Shown: positions 24,301-36,644 of the stretch, one piece after another
How the letters are laid out: every line of letters begins with the position of its first letter
How positions within the stretch are numbered: position 1 is the first letter of the stretch
Source of the DNA: Tricharina praecox
Taxonomy: Eukaryota
DNA: 64,000 nucleotides
Reading direction: 5' to 3'
Assembly (NCBI RefSeq): GCF_024521635.1
Contig: NW_026250440.1
Span: forward strand, 1-64,000
Made by a program: the position numbers and the translations under genes
Notes under the pieces: generated by a model
The model's database searches: none
Told to the model about the DNA's origin: nothing
The model's input: the letters and a program-made list of their open reading frames with translations, nothing else

Positions 24301-26793
24301 CTTGGGTACGAGCTTGAGAAGTACGCGGAGGCAAGCGAGGCGTTTTATGAAGTTATTCTGTCACTCGGCGGTGAGCGGCTTCAAGCGGTTTCCGTGGACG
24401 AAGCGTTGGTGGACATCTCGAATCTCGTGTGCAATGAGGGCTTTGCCGATTTAGAAAGAGAAGAAATCAAGGCCCAAGAACTCGCCCAGAAGATCCGCGA
24501 TGAGTGTCGGAGAAGGACTAGGTGTGATGTTTCAGTCGGCATTGGCACAAACGTTCTCATGGCTCGGCTTGCCATGAGGAAGGCAAAACCTGCCGGCCAA
24601 TACATCATCCGAAATTCCGAGATTCAAGATTTCCTAGACAGCTTAGACGTTCGAGCATTCCCAGGGATAGGGCGCCATACGACTGAGAAAATCACCGAAA
24701 CATTCAAGTCGGATTCGGTACTTGAGTTGAGGAAGATCCCCAAGGACCGGTTACAACAGGCGCTGGGTTCTAAAACCGGAATCAAGGTACATGAGCTCTG
24801 TCGCGGCATCGATAATACGCTCGTTGGCGCGGCCGAGACACCGAGGGAGAGCATATCCATCGCTGTCAACTGGGGAGTTCGGTTTACGAATAAGGAACAA
24901 GCCGAAGAGTTCCTCCATCGACTTACCCGTGCCGTCGAAGAGAGGATGAAGAGTGAAGGAGTCAAGGGCCGGTCATTGACCTTCAAGGTTGCTAAAAGGG
25001 CTGCAAATGTGCCATTCGAGACCGAAAAGTTCCTTGGATGCGGACGGACCGAAGATATAAACAAGACATTTCTGTTCAGTGTTTCAACCTCCGATGCCTC
25101 GCTCATTGCCAAGAAATGCATAGAGCTCCTCCGAGGATTCTCAGTTTCTCCTGGCGATATCCGTGGATTCGCGGTGGGAATGAAAGGGCTTGAAGATGCG
25201 GCCCACGATGGCGGACAGCAGCAATTGCAATTCCTGAAGCAACACGCGATGGCAGGGGAAAGACCCAAAATTTCCGCACCACCTCTTCCAGAGTTGAAGC
25301 CTGCGGCACCCGTTACGATGAAAGCTTACGTCAGGCCGAAAGTTACGACATTATTTGATCTCTTTGGGAAAAATAGTAACAATAAGAAGCCTCAGCCGGT
25401 GATCAGGGATTCACCGATAAACCAACGAACACTGCCTGAACCAACAGTGCCTGTGCTGATGCCACCGGCCGTTTTGCGAGAACCACCACCATCACTACTA
25501 CTACTATCACCACCACCTCCACCACCACCGCGTCCATCAACGTTGCAAGACAAGGCTTGTGGGTTTTCAGGCATGGCTCCTCCTCCTTTTGTGCGACCGG
25601 CACCACTGGGTAGCATTACCAATCGCACACCTGCAACAAATACGTTGGAGGGCGAGGAGTCTCCCTTTGAAAATCCTCCAAATCCACAGCATGCCGAGGT
25701 GAGAACTCATACTAGGATGGTGCCCCAACGTAATACCACTCCCCAGGTTCCCCTCATTTCTGTAACGTCTTCGACCCAGTACGCCATTCCGAATGAATCA
25801 CAATTTGACATGTCCTGTTTTGAGCATCTTACCTCTTCAATTCAAGGGAAAATACTGGAAAAAGTCAAAGCAAAAGAACCACAAGATGCAGATCCACCAC
25901 CGGATTCACAGTGGGCTCCGGAAACCTGGAATTCCCTCTCACCGGCGACACGGAAACAAATCAGGGCGGAGGACGAAGCAGCAGAGCGGAGACGGGCACA
26001 GGTACAGGCACCGGCACGGAGAAATATAGGCTATTCCGAGGATAAGCAGCGAATCAATTCCGTCTTCAATCGTGGTCTACCAGGGCTGGAGCAAAATCCG
26101 TCGCTATCCAAGCAGGGTGTGTCGAAACTTGCCATTAATACCACTCGGATCCCTCGCAACGTCGGTAAAGGCCGAAGAAAAGCTGTTTTCAAGCGACCGC
26201 CGCCGCCGGTTAGACAGGCCCCTCCTGAAGATCATCCTGACTGGTTTTACGAATCCAAGGCGATCGGCGGCGAGGGATATCTAGAGGACTTCGCAGACAT
26301 ACCCAAGGCTGAGCGAGCTCTACACATTGCCAACGTTAAGTACGTGCGCAAAGCTGCTGAGGAAAAGGAGGCAGCCAAAGCACAGGAAGAAGTGATGGAA
26401 GCGCTGCAAAGAGAAGACAGAGTACAGGCGCGCACCCCTGCGATTGTGATCAAGACGGTGCGAAAGCCGCCAGTGCTGTCTCTCTCCGTTGGAGCGGCCG
26501 TGAGGAGCACGGATTTTGATGCGGTGCGGATGACGATCAGTGCTTGGCTACGTGCTGTAGATGAAGATCTTTTGGAAGTGGAGGCTAGAGATGAAGATCT
26601 GAAGAAGCTTTGTGTGTTTTTGGAAAAGGTGGTGGTGGAGGAACGGCAGATGGATAAGGCCGTGAGGATTGTTCGGTGGTTTCCGACCATTCGTGTGAGC
26701 GACGTATTTCAGCAGCGTTTGATTTTTGGCGTTTTGGAGGGTACGGTTCGCAAGATAGCGAAAAGTCAACGTATTCACGGTTTGCAGTTTTGA
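21397..26793 (+). CDS. rev1: DNA repair protein REV1 (Y-family dCMP transferase), 1798 aa, with inserted chromodomain
   Basis: FGGIGDYMRRKRIKLQNQD N-terminus, BRCT (GYTNP...PDWVLEC), N-digit SRLHYLS, catalytic MHVDFDCFF, SCNYAARAFGVKNGMW, SVDEALVD, VNWGVRF, C-terminal helical domain. One uninterrupted ORF. Confidence 0.96.
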   Translation: MTSRRRAPSTKQPPPVTSFSPTGEEYDASTFGGIGDYMRRKRIKLQNQDSLRRNDTIPQIFTGHVMAVLGYTNPNPSILRQIVVMHGGVWRDFKDGGLTMVLATALPIKKEEELMGRYKFATPDWVLECVKQQKIVAWSNYSLSRRSEGQTTLGFARKSQTPKVNSSSAYREELVKFALDIIKTTPQKGPEWEIPDSDHEGGLENEREGLEHGSAYSGQLPEPLHGKGDRAPPSGQTPAKEHSEDFEEDYFDDIDEDTLWMEDPDGQIAPPSHQPTTRHKRNFSEMEEEEDEEEADVVCLIPIGDTIGVADAPLSDPPRPPSLKPEPESESESESELECSRPPPVDKINGADAYTVEALIGEKKTGKSKRTRIKFLVKWQGYDESEATWEWADTLRADLGSDVVDEMLEKYRQTKTPKRSQSAKRKRASTQKTSQRSKKRATSTQKTPTRSQQKMIFSQITKPSSQSSNKESIRNKTAPKEPAIQPSRHTAVQKIVQETLVPSPPSPVIEEPLQPPAAEEKVLPTGFSFMSFSTVCLSDSGSSQGRHLQTVEDISPDFPSTKGYFSDGKLPAVVGDMADEDEEARLLLSYQVVEAATAKEESAEFAQLSQATEVTVEDGAADPPTSYQAPAVTENEVIKDGPTELLQLYQAIEDATMDEEEASKPPESYQMPAIAEEVIPEGEASKLLLSYQEPVLGNEVAWEGKNEADIPPSYQVPVIAEAAECSLALERQGTQELLEIPDSISRVNLTSGILSQEEQKTPPSSPLSAKTPKQASQKCPAPTESPHLPSKQMKYADADISPEKTPVLAVSLKAPSGVDRTVMMREARTPEEFNEAFLSDPRVRNASVLNPDFLATFFKESRLHYLSTSKAELRSRLQKLEQKFPRPTPPKNRATRYVMHVDFDCFFAAVSTRDLPDLKDKPVAICHGRTEKSMTSEIASCNYAARAFGVKNGMWMAKAKELCPDIVTLGYELEKYAEASEAFYEVILSLGGERLQAVSVDEALVDISNLVCNEGFADLEREEIKAQELAQKIRDECRRRTRCDVSVGIGTNVLMARLAMRKAKPAGQYIIRNSEIQDFLDSLDVRAFPGIGRHTTEKITETFKSDSVLELRKIPKDRLQQALGSKTGIKVHELCRGIDNTLVGAAETPRESISIAVNWGVRFTNKEQAEEFLHRLTRAVEERMKSEGVKGRSLTFKVAKRAANVPFETEKFLGCGRTEDINKTFLFSVSTSDASLIAKKCIELLRGFSVSPGDIRGFAVGMKGLEDAAHDGGQQQLQFLKQHAMAGERPKISAPPLPELKPAAPVTMKAYVRPKVTTLFDLFGKNSNNKKPQPVIRDSPINQRTLPEPTVPVLMPPAVLREPPPSLLLLSPPPPPPPRPSTLQDKACGFSGMAPPPFVRPAPLGSITNRTPATNTLEGEESPFENPPNPQHAEVRTHTRMVPQRNTTPQVPLISVTSSTQYAIPNESQFDMSCFEHLTSSIQGKILEKVKAKEPQDADPPPDSQWAPETWNSLSPATRKQIRAEDEAAERRRAQVQAPARRNIGYSEDKQRINSVFNRGLPGLEQNPSLSKQGVSKLAINTTRIPRNVGKGRRKAVFKRPPPPVRQAPPEDHPDWFYESKAIGGEGYLEDFADIPKAERALHIANVKYVRKAAEEKEAAKAQEEVMEALQREDRVQARTPAIVIKTVRKPPVLSLSVGAAVRSTDFDAVRMTISAWLRAVDEDLLEVEARDEDLKKLCVFLEKVVVEERQMDKAVRIVRWFPTIRVSDVFQQRLIFGVLEGTVRKIAKSQRIHGLQF

Positions 26794-29700
26794 TACCATA
26801 GCTGGTTTTGGGTATGGGATTGGATTAGATCTCGGTTTTGGGCTTGTTTTGGGGGCGGGGGGAGTTTTTTTGGCTTATGTTTTTGCTCGCACTTTTGTAG
26901 ATGAACTTGCTCCTGATGAGGATCACGCCCACTTATAGTATGTATTGAGTACTCTGGACGTGCTACAAGGCAGCTGTATAATTGAATGACGTTTGAGCTT
27001 CGACACTCCAATCAAGTTTCAACCCTTCCAATCCCGACTCATCTCCAGGTGTCTCCACGCAATCGACCGTCTAAATCTACCAAACACCCACAGCGCATTT
27101 TCCGGAAATTCAGACTTATACCGGTCAGCGATGCGGACAGAAAAATTCAAAGCAATAGGGATTTTATACATATGGATCAGCACTCGTGCACCATGAATAT
27201 ATCGCCGCACAGGGGGACAGCTGAGGAGGAGTAGGGAGCGGCTACGCCACGCAAGTGCCTGCACCTGCCTGCCTGCCGCGGCCGCCGGACGGTTCGAAAA
27301 GCAAACCCCGGTATTGAACAAGCCTCGCTTAGAGCTTATTCATTCTTCCGGTGGGCGATGGTGGCGGCGGGGGAGGAACCGGGGTACCAGGCTTATCCGA
27401 GATTGAACGCCGCCTTTCGAACGAGCGGGGTTGTGGGGCGGCGGCCATGGGTTCGATTCGAGGACGATTCGGGAGTTTTGAGGATGGTATGTTGGATGGT
27501 ATGTACTGCGGGCGGGAACAGAGGGATCTTATGGGAACATTATATAGGTCCGATACCGGTAGCCCACACGCTCCATGTGCATACACCCCCAGGACCGGTC
27601 CGGGGATAATCAGTATGTAGTCTATCTATTCCACCACCGCGAGTCCAGACCGATATTGATCGGCGGACCGGCAGGAACAGAAATAGAATTAGAAATAGAC
27701 GCGAGAGACCTCATCTTCCACTGTTCTACATATTCTAGTTCGGGTGGCCGAGTCCACGGCAGCCATCCTGCCCCGACCAACCATCTGCAATATCGCAATC
27801 GCAATCAGGTCATCTAAAGGCAGCAAAAGCCACGCGGCGCCAACCATTCGTGTCGTGTATATAAAATCCCCCGGCTCGTATGCGTGCCAACAGGAATTAG
27901 AGTGAACGTGCAAGTTGCTAATTTCTAATAGGCCTTAATTCGATCTGCCTGAGCTCACTTGAATTGCTTCGGACGGTATAAAACTCTACAGACCAGAAGG
28001 GAAAATTAAAAAGGAAAAAAAGACTCATTGCCTGCGCGGAATTTCAAAGACATTTCCAATCCTCTCGACCAATGAATCTGAATGGCAAACACTCCTCAAC
28101 TTTCCATTATCCAGCGGAAATGATGAAGTGTCGCTCGCTGACTGCAGTTAATACTTCGATCTGATCTGGCCCGGCAGCCAATGCATCGGGATGACATCTG
28201 CCGCGCTGTTTTTTATTTATTTTCCACGGCGATGCGCTGTCGCGAGACACTATGCGCATCTGCCTGCCTTCCGGATATTCCCTGCCTGTATCGTCCAGTC
28301 ACGATGGCGATGAAGGGATGGATAGGGGAGAGGGGGTGGGGTGCCATGTGGGCTGATGGCCCGTTTGAATTTCACCGGGGTATGTAGTGTGCAGTCCGCG
28401 CAAACCACTCCACTGCGTATGCGGAAAATGCTTCCGTCCGCATCCCGTCCCGTAGCGGCGGCCCAGTGTTTGTTCGAGAGGTATCGCTGGAAATCTCGAG
28501 ACATCGCCCGGATCCGTCTGCTGGGTTTCGTTAGAGTGTTGTGATCGTGTGGAGACGATGCTCCGATCTCCAGGCCATCCGAGGTTGACTCTAATATATA
28601 TAGTAGTAGTAGTAGTTCTCAGCAAACAATCGCTTCGTCTGGCTCTTGTCCGGACTCGGGGGTCCGAACTCCTCGGCTTTCCCAACTTCACCTAGCCTCT
28701 CCATTCCGTAACTCCTCGTAGCCAGTCGGTAGTTTGACTCGTGATGTTTGCCGCGCAGTTATGAGAGCCTGCCAGGTACTGGTAGATTTTGGAAATCGAG
28801 AGTCGTGCGCATGTCTGATCGGCAAGCGAGTGACTCTTCGCGTGAAACTACTCGTCAGCCATAGCAGCACCCACGAGGTGCCACCTCATGGTTTTTCAGA
28901 ATGAAGCCGCTGCTACCCCACAAATCATAGCAGTTTCTTCCCCCCTCACCCCTAAGGATCATATCACCCAAGGAAGCCGTGTAATCCGTTGCCCGGCAGC
29001 TTTCACCGGCGGGCAACTACCCTCTCTGTACCCTTCTCCCCGACCCAGCTTCGCGGCTGCTATCCTTGCTTTTTCTGCCTTTGTTTCCCATCTTTCCGGG
29101 AGCTCATAAATGATCTCGTCTGGGTGGCCTCGCGCTTCGAGCCCTGCATCTGCCGCCCGCTCAAGCTATGTATCGTTCGCTACGGCCTGCTCGCTCGCGT
29201 TGGAGAGCGCACTGGCAGCCTCCGCGGCCCTTTCCTCCCTGGCCACTAGATGGCCAACACCAGTGTTGCACGGGAGTTCGGGATCGCTGGGCTGCATCGT
29301 GGAGTCCGCCAATAGTCCGCCGATCCTCCTCCGGTGGTGGTGTCGCCGATGTCGTTCGTCATCAGTTGCTCAATCCTTTGGCGCGACGTCGTCTGCTCTG
29401 TCCCCTTAAAGAAAGGGATGCGGAGTTGAGGCGAGAGGAGGTGGAGGAGGGCGCTGAGGTTGAGGAGCCGGGATCTCTCCCGCTGTTCCTCCCCACACCT
29501 TCTTTCATAGCATCACCTGAAGAAGAGGCAGGGGCCGAGGCGGAGTAGCAGGGAGCAGAAGTTGCTTGGTGACAAAGGTAAACTTGCACGGCGGCGCGGG
29601 CCAAGCAGAGAAAGGTGAGTAACGAGGATGTCGTGTGGGATCATTACGCCAGAAGACCCATCGCCTGCTTTACAACAAGATTCGAGTCCCTTACGAAGAC

Positions 29701-30117
29701 TGACAGCCAGCCAAAGGTGCGGCTTGGATAGACACACGAGCATACTTTTTACAATTACAGGTAGGGATCGTTATTATCGAGTGATATCACATGTTTAAGC
29801 TGAATGGTTGAGACTGAAGCTGACTTCTATCCGTTCTATAATGGAGCGAAATCACAATTTTTCAATGCGTGTGAACATGGCCTTATTGTCAAATGGGGGT
29901 TCTTATACGCGAATGAGTAACTACAAACCCCGGCAGTACTTGCAGAGGAACATATGCTCAAGAGCTGTCACTATCTCGTGAATCACATGAAGGGAATCAA
30001 ACCTCGTAAATCGTATGAAGGTATCATTGTCGTTTCTCAAAGAGTCATGGGATTCTTTAATGTACAGAATCTCATCTCGGCTATGCAGCGTGAGTAGTGA
30101 TGCTCGAGTAATGGTGC

Positions 30118-30852
30118 TCATTTACGAGCATCAGCCTGGACAAGTCCCAAGTGCAAGACTGGAATCTCCTTCGCAACCATGACATTCCTGACCTCCTTCC
30201 AGGTACGCTGGTTGAATTTGGCTCCCCATCTTCCCATTCTCTCCGACTTCCACCAGGTCGGCCGCTTGAGCGAATCATCCATCTTGAACCCAACGACCTT
30301 CTCCAAAACTTCCAGCTCCAACGCCACGATGTTTGACTCCAACTCCACCAAGTGGGTATCCTCCTGGGCCCACAGAGGGTAAACCTTCGAAGTCGAGAAC
30401 CGCACCGAAAATCGCCTGCAAACGTATTCAAGGAGAAGTCCGGTGATCCCCTGCCTCAGGAACTCGTCGCGTACGGCACCTCAGGTCACCGGGTTCAAGA
30501 TCCACTTGAAGGAGTCCATAGTTTCCTCGTCCCACCATTGAGGCCGTTCGGTGTAGTAGACGGCGATTCCCTGCATCCAGACCGGTGGGGCGCACGCATA
30601 GTCGGTGAGAAATCTCTCCACCATGGCAAGACTAGTGCTCGCAAAGACGGTGTTCTGATAGAATGGCCTGTTTCGATGACTCAATTTATGGTTGGTGGCT
30701 GGCAGGCGCAGGGGGATCGCAAACTTCATGTCGGGAGGGGGCTTCGTCAACCTGGACTGATCGAGCTGGTACAGGGAACGCTGATCTGAGGACGCGTCTG
30801 AGTAGCCGTAAATCCACTTTTCGAAACTGTTGAGCTTGCGGTCGGGCGACAT
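30118..30852 (-). pseudogene. Hypothetical gene with in-frame TGA at 30483-30481
   Basis: ORFs 30481-31080 and 30118-30405 share a frame and are separated by a single TGA. The two halves share a RPxWW...N..T(W/*)..VR motif. Confidence 0.4.
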
Positions 30853-32018
30853 GGTGCTGGGTCGGCGATTGTTGATAGTGTCTTCGTGGTGTGCGCCGGT
30901 GGAAGTTGTGGTAATGTGAGGTGGGGAATTGAGTCCTTGTCGGGAAGGGGGGCAACAACGGGATACTGTGGGTGTGCGAAGTGAAGCGTTATGAAGGAAT
31001 CGCACATAGCGGATTGTCGAACTTGCCCTAACCAACAACTGGTGACGCTTGCTTGTGAATTCACCAAGCCCTAGCCACACTCACATTCGGGTTGCATACA
31101 TATTTAGGCCTTCACCGACATGGAAAGCAGAGTGGGATAGGTACCGTATCATACAGCGTATCGCGAGCAGATACTCTCCACTGAAAACTGCGTGAGAGCT
31201 TGCAATTCCGCACCGGAAGAGATCACTGTACCGATTATATCTCTGTCACGGTGCGCAGCGTGGTCATCTAGACTTCACGATACTAAAGGCAAAGTACTCT
31301 CCGTCGCTAGGGATTTTCCAGCGAACAGTACTCCAAAGAATGCACGCGTAAGCCCCACGGTGTGGTTTAAACATAACTGATCACTCAGGCTCCTCATCCG
31401 TGGAGGAGGAGGAGGCAAACACGGACAGCGTCGCCGGATGTCTCCGCAGGAATGCAGAGAATATGTACGCCATCACGGATGTGTACAAGCTGAATACCAG
31501 TATGATGAAACAAAACCCACAAAAGCCGCCGGATGTTAAAGTTTTGGTGGTGGATATGCGTGATGATATTCGACCGAACGATATATCTAAGATGAAGTCT
31601 AGCTAGTGGGCAGGATAAGACCCTTTTATAGGTGTCAACACAGCAGATCATTAATCGTACAGAAAAGAGAGCAATCAACTGTTATAACATGAGAAATGAG
31701 CAATCCACAAGTCGGCCGTGAGAAGAAACAAACACATGACAAACAGTGAAACAAACGCGTGACAAGGAAACCAGCAAACGAGTGATATCTGTGAAGGATG
31801 AATCAGACAAACATGAGACAATCAACACCGGATGTCTCACTCGGTTGAATGATCTGTCATGATTCATAAAGGTCGGAAACAGCATGTACCTGTGAAAATA
31901 AAACCAAAAAAAAGCCACCGGGAATCCCACCGACCAGATAAATGTACGCCAACAAGCCAAATTCCCCCCCCTCCCATGTCCTAGCTCAATGAATCATACA
32001 AACAGCTCCCTCCCACAC

Positions 32019-32529
32019 CTAATGCCTCTTAACCTCTCTCATACCTCCTGTGACAAACTCCTTAACCTCATCTGCCACTCCGCCCTCCATCAACATCCAA
32101 CCACAGAGCAGCAGGTAAAGCACAGCAGTGATGAGGAAGACCACACCACCCTCTATATCCGGCACCAGCAGACACGTCAGGAGGGACCCGTCGGCGTATA
32201 TCATCATCCCGACCACTTTGTTTCCGCGTTAGCATCTTTCCAACAAAGAAGAAACGACGGAAGGGGGGGGGGGGGGGGCTACAAGCACAAGTCCGGACAC
32301 TCCTGATCCTGTTCGTGGCGCCCCACCAGTAGAAGACGACGAGCATGTACATCGTCAGGCCGAGCCCGATCTCGTGCGAGTGCGATGGCCACGGCATCTT
32401 CAGGCCCGTGAGCTCCGCTAGCTGCGGGACCGGCGGAAGAGTGAACAGGCACACGGGGCTGAAGATCGTGAGGGTTGCGAGAACGGCATTGATTATGCAT
32501 AGGGCGTAGAGGTGCGTTGTGAAGCCCAT
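32019..32529 (-). CDS. Small multi-pass membrane protein, 2 exons (acceptor at ~32219)
   Basis: MGFTTHLYALCIINAVLATLTIFSP...GLTMYMLVVFYWWG joins through a phase-1 intron (GCTAAC branch point) to VGMMIYADGSLLTCLLV...VVFLITAVLYLLLCGWMLM; four hydrophobic segments. Confidence 0.6.
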
Positions 32530-33527
32530 TGTTGAGGTGATGATTGGTCTGTATGTATGTATGTATGTGTGATACAACGAGGAATGTTTCTGAGGTTTGG
32601 GAAACCGGCAGCTCCGGATGAGAGATGTAAAGTGGGATGGCGGCCGATAGTGGTGGGGGGATGTGGAGCGAAGAAAGGTTATATATCTCAGCCTTCGGGC
32701 AAGCTGGCCTCTACTATTTCGGTGGTGATTCGGACATACCGCAACGTCGATTAGCCCGTGTCGGTGAAATAGATGCGCCAATAAGTATCTTCCAACCTAT
32801 CCAGACAGCGGATGACTCTGCTGTGGAACAAAAAGAAGAAGAAAACATGCGTTTTCTTCGATGGTCTTCAGCCGCACGCACTTTGATTGGTTTGCTATAT
32901 ACGCACCCTGACGATGTATGTGCGTGAGGCATCTGCGGGGGAAAAGCCACCAGCTCGAGAGGCGATTGAAGCTCATTCCCGTCGTCATCCCACTTCCACC
33001 CGACGATCCGGGACCAAGGCCACAACGCTGCAGCAGCCAGCAGCAGGAGTGTTCCGGGCTATGTATAGTTACCCAAGATCTTCGCTGGGTATTCGTCTGT
33101 TTGTGAGTGGCTTGTATGTACTCGCGTATCACACGTGCAGGACATGCAGCCCGCCGCTGGGACTTCCCGGGCTGTCGCAGAAATAGAATTCTGACATGTC
33201 AAAGTGCAGCTTGGTAACTTTGGTTGGATATGTAGATACTGGATTACTCTATGTACCTAGAGTCTATATACGTACCGATTTCACACTGCACAGCCACCAT
33301 CAGCCATGAGTGATCTCTCGATATGCTGCACGGCCTAGGTGACCCAACGCACGGGCCAGCGGCAACCTCCGTCTACCGCGTAGGTACTCTACTTGAGCAT
33401 AGTAGCACGAGCTCGACCCCGCTTCATGGGCCATTTCACGCCCGCATTCCGTCTCCTCGGCCGCTACAACCTCCTCGCTCTCTCCGTACGTCGGTTGTCA
33501 CGTCCTAGTACTCGGTCCGCAGCCACT

Positions 33528-35404
33528 ATGTCTCCAGGAAACCGCAGTGCGCCGTCGATTCCCGTTTCCGCCGCGGAAGCGGTGAAGGAGGAGACGCATC
33601 TCATCGTTGGTCGATATCCCCCGCTGCTGCTGGTGCTGCTGCCGGATGGTTCGCGAGCCGGGCTGACAGCGGTGTGTGCATTCAAGGTGGCCTCAAGATC
33701 GTCGACCGTTGGTTTCAGGTTCCGGTGGATTACTCGTGCCCGGACGGCGAGAAAATCCGCGTATTCGCGCGCAGTGCTATCAACAATAAGGATAACGACG
33801 GTGGGGTGACCGGCGGGAAGCAACCTATATGTCTGTCTGCGCTCCCCGGATGAGGCGAGATGAAATTCGCATGGAACTGATCTGGGTCCGGCGCGTGTCG
33901 GGGATAGGTGTCTATCTTCAGGGTTGGTTTATCCCTCACCCCCCAGTCAGAGGTAGTTAGCCGTATTGAATGGAGATGCGAGATTAGGTGGTCCCGGATT
34001 CGAGTGCTCTCCACCGAAATCACATCCTCTCACCGAGTTCTACTTGGGAAAGGGCTACCAGATGTTGTACATCGACCAGCGGGGAACCGGGTTGAGCTCG
34101 CCGATCGATGCCGATGTCTGGATGAAAGGCTGCACGGTTGCTGAGAAGGTTCAGCGTCTGAAGATGCTGAGGGCGGATAACATTGGTATGCACCGTGTGC
34201 TTGTCCCCCTGAGTGGATCTGGCTGATGGGGGTGTAGTCCGCGACTGTGAGGCCATCAGGAAAACCATGCTGGACGACAAAGAGAAGGAGGAGGAGCGTA
34301 AGTGGACGGTGCATGGCCAGAGCTTTGGCGGATTCTGCGCGGTCACGTATCTGAGCTTCTAGTACGTTGCCCATCAAGCTGGGACGAAACTCGCTGACAC
34401 GGCCCGTTGTAGCCCAGAGGGTTTGAAGGAGGGTACGTTCTTTCCACTTGCACCCCCGTAGTCCTACCTTGTACTGACAGCTGTGCCGATGAAGTGTTCA
34501 CCACTGGTGGAATGCCACCTCTCGTCAACAACCCCGATGCTGTCTATGACCGTACCTACCGCAAGCTCCAGGAACGCAATGCAGTCTACTACAGGAAGTA
34601 TCCACAGGATGTCAAGGCAGTTCGACGGATCGTGGCCTACCTCAAGCGGGACCCAGTCGTTTTGCCCAGCGGTGGAACGCTAACGGAAGGCCGTTTCCGC
34701 GACCTGGGCCTGGCTTTCGGAGGCCATGGTGGGATTGACACGATACACCGTATGTGTCTCGATCGGATTGGTGGACCGACCGACCGACTGACTGAATAGG
34801 CATCGTCCAACGCGCCGTCAACGATCTGGATTGCTACGACGGTTTCACCTACAAGCTGAAGCAAATGATTGAATCCCAGCAGTCATTCGATGTCAACCCC
34901 ATCTACGCCCTTCTCCACGAAGCGTGTTACTGTCAAGGGTGAGTCGTCTTCCCCCCCCCCCCCCCTTCCGCGCCATCCCGCTGACGCAGTACTGTACACA
35001 GCGAGCCCTCCGGCTGGTCTGCCGCGCGCCGCCTCCCCCCATCCCTCCAATCCTCAAGCGACGAGGACCCGATCCTGTTCACGGGGGAAATGATATATCC
35101 CTACATGTTCACGGACTACTCTGAGCTCTCCAAGTTCCACGAGCTAGCCGACCCGCTCGCCTACGAGAAGGCGTGGCCCGCCCTCTACGACGTGGACCAG
35201 CTCAAGAGGAACGAGGTTCCCGTGTTCGCGGCAAACTTCATCGACGACATGTACGTCGCCTACGACCTTAGCCGCGAGACCGTCGCCACCATCCAGGGCG
35301 CCCGCAGCTTCGACACGAACGTGCTGCACCATAACGCCGTTAGGGCTAAGACTTGGGCCGTCATGGGTGAGCTGTGGAAGTTGAGGAGCGGGGAGGTCGA
35401 TTAG
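33528..35404 (+). CDS. Prolyl aminopeptidase / proline iminopeptidase (S33 alpha/beta hydrolase), many short exons
   Basis: FQVPVDYS, YLQGGPGF oxyanion motif (15-nt exon 33908-33922), DQRGTGLS, RADNIVRDCEAIR, GQSFGGF nucleophile motif, DDMYV, HNAVR. An alternative in-frame ATG lies at 33426. Confidence 0.92.
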
Positions 35405-36644
35405 AGAACGGATGAATGCAATAGTAAAGTTTTTTTTCAGGGGTTTTTTTTTCGGATGCGGCGTGACATCGTAGGATCGAGTGAAAAGCGGCGTTGGGGT
35501 GAGATATGTATCGACCTGGACTCTCGTGGGAGTCGTTAACTGACGATTTCGCAGGAAGAAGAAGAGGAAGGATCACCCGTATGTATGTAGGGTCAGGGAT
35601 AAGGCCTACCAACGGGCTCCGCCGATATTTATCTTTAGGCATAAATGTATCTGGCACCTGCTCCAAAGTCCAGAGTAGATTTCGAGATCCAGGCAACCAT
35701 GTCTGTGCATGCAGCAGCACTTTCCATGCAAGGCGTCGGGTGAATAGCAGCAGCAGCCAGCAGCAGCAGGAGACCAAGAGTGATGTATGTAGAAGGTTCG
35801 TTTCCCCGCCCGTAAGTTGACCTCGAGTGACATGTTTCCTCTACCAGTTAGCGCTGAGGTCAGAAGAACCTTCCCTTATAGTATTAGGTAACGAGACTTA
35901 GAGGTGCAGACTCCACTCACAGGGTCATAGGTGTAGTCGAATAGCCACGTGAAGCTGGAGTAGGTACGTATGTGTGTAGGTAGAGCAGGTAGAGTAGCAG
36001 AATTCTGAGAGTGAATGGGACCGATGAGAAGGGGCGCCACTGGCACCTTGTCGATGACTCAAGACTCGGGAGTCGATGGAGGATGACCGATGACATGCTC
36101 AGCTCGGGATACAAATAGTTCTCGGAGGACCCGAGCGGCAATGATGCTTTCGCGAAGACTTGAACGGTCGAACCGAGCGGCGGTAACTAAGTAGATACTA
36201 GTAAATAAGTTGTAGGGTGGAATTCAAGGCTGAGGCTTGAATGTATTTATGTATATATCTTGGTATGCACCGCCTCTTTGATCTTCTTCGGTCTACCGTA
36301 GATAGTACTAGTACTAGTAGTATGATATCTGGCACGCAAGTTCTTCGGACTTCCTCGTCGCTATCATACATAGACTCAGGACTCAAGGGCTCTAATTGCC
36401 CACTGCGAAACCGCGAAATATCAAACGAGTTCAACGAGCGCCAAATTCCAAATTCCAATGGCGCCGCAACAACCTCGCAACCTCGCAGCCTACCGGTACT
36501 ATCATAGCCGCCACGAGCCCCTACGTACGCACACAAAGGTGCTGCGTCTTTTCGGAAAGAAAAAAACATCCGTAGCCGTAGCCGCGCCGCGCAGCCGCTG
36601 CAGTCAACGGGACGCGATGCCTACACACCTGCCTACCTGCCCAG

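Noticed and set aside
31192..31606. Possible spliced plus-strand gene (GTAAGC...CTGAT...CAG at ~31348-31388)
   Set aside because: The splice phase does not join the two ORFs into a coherent protein and there is no clear start.
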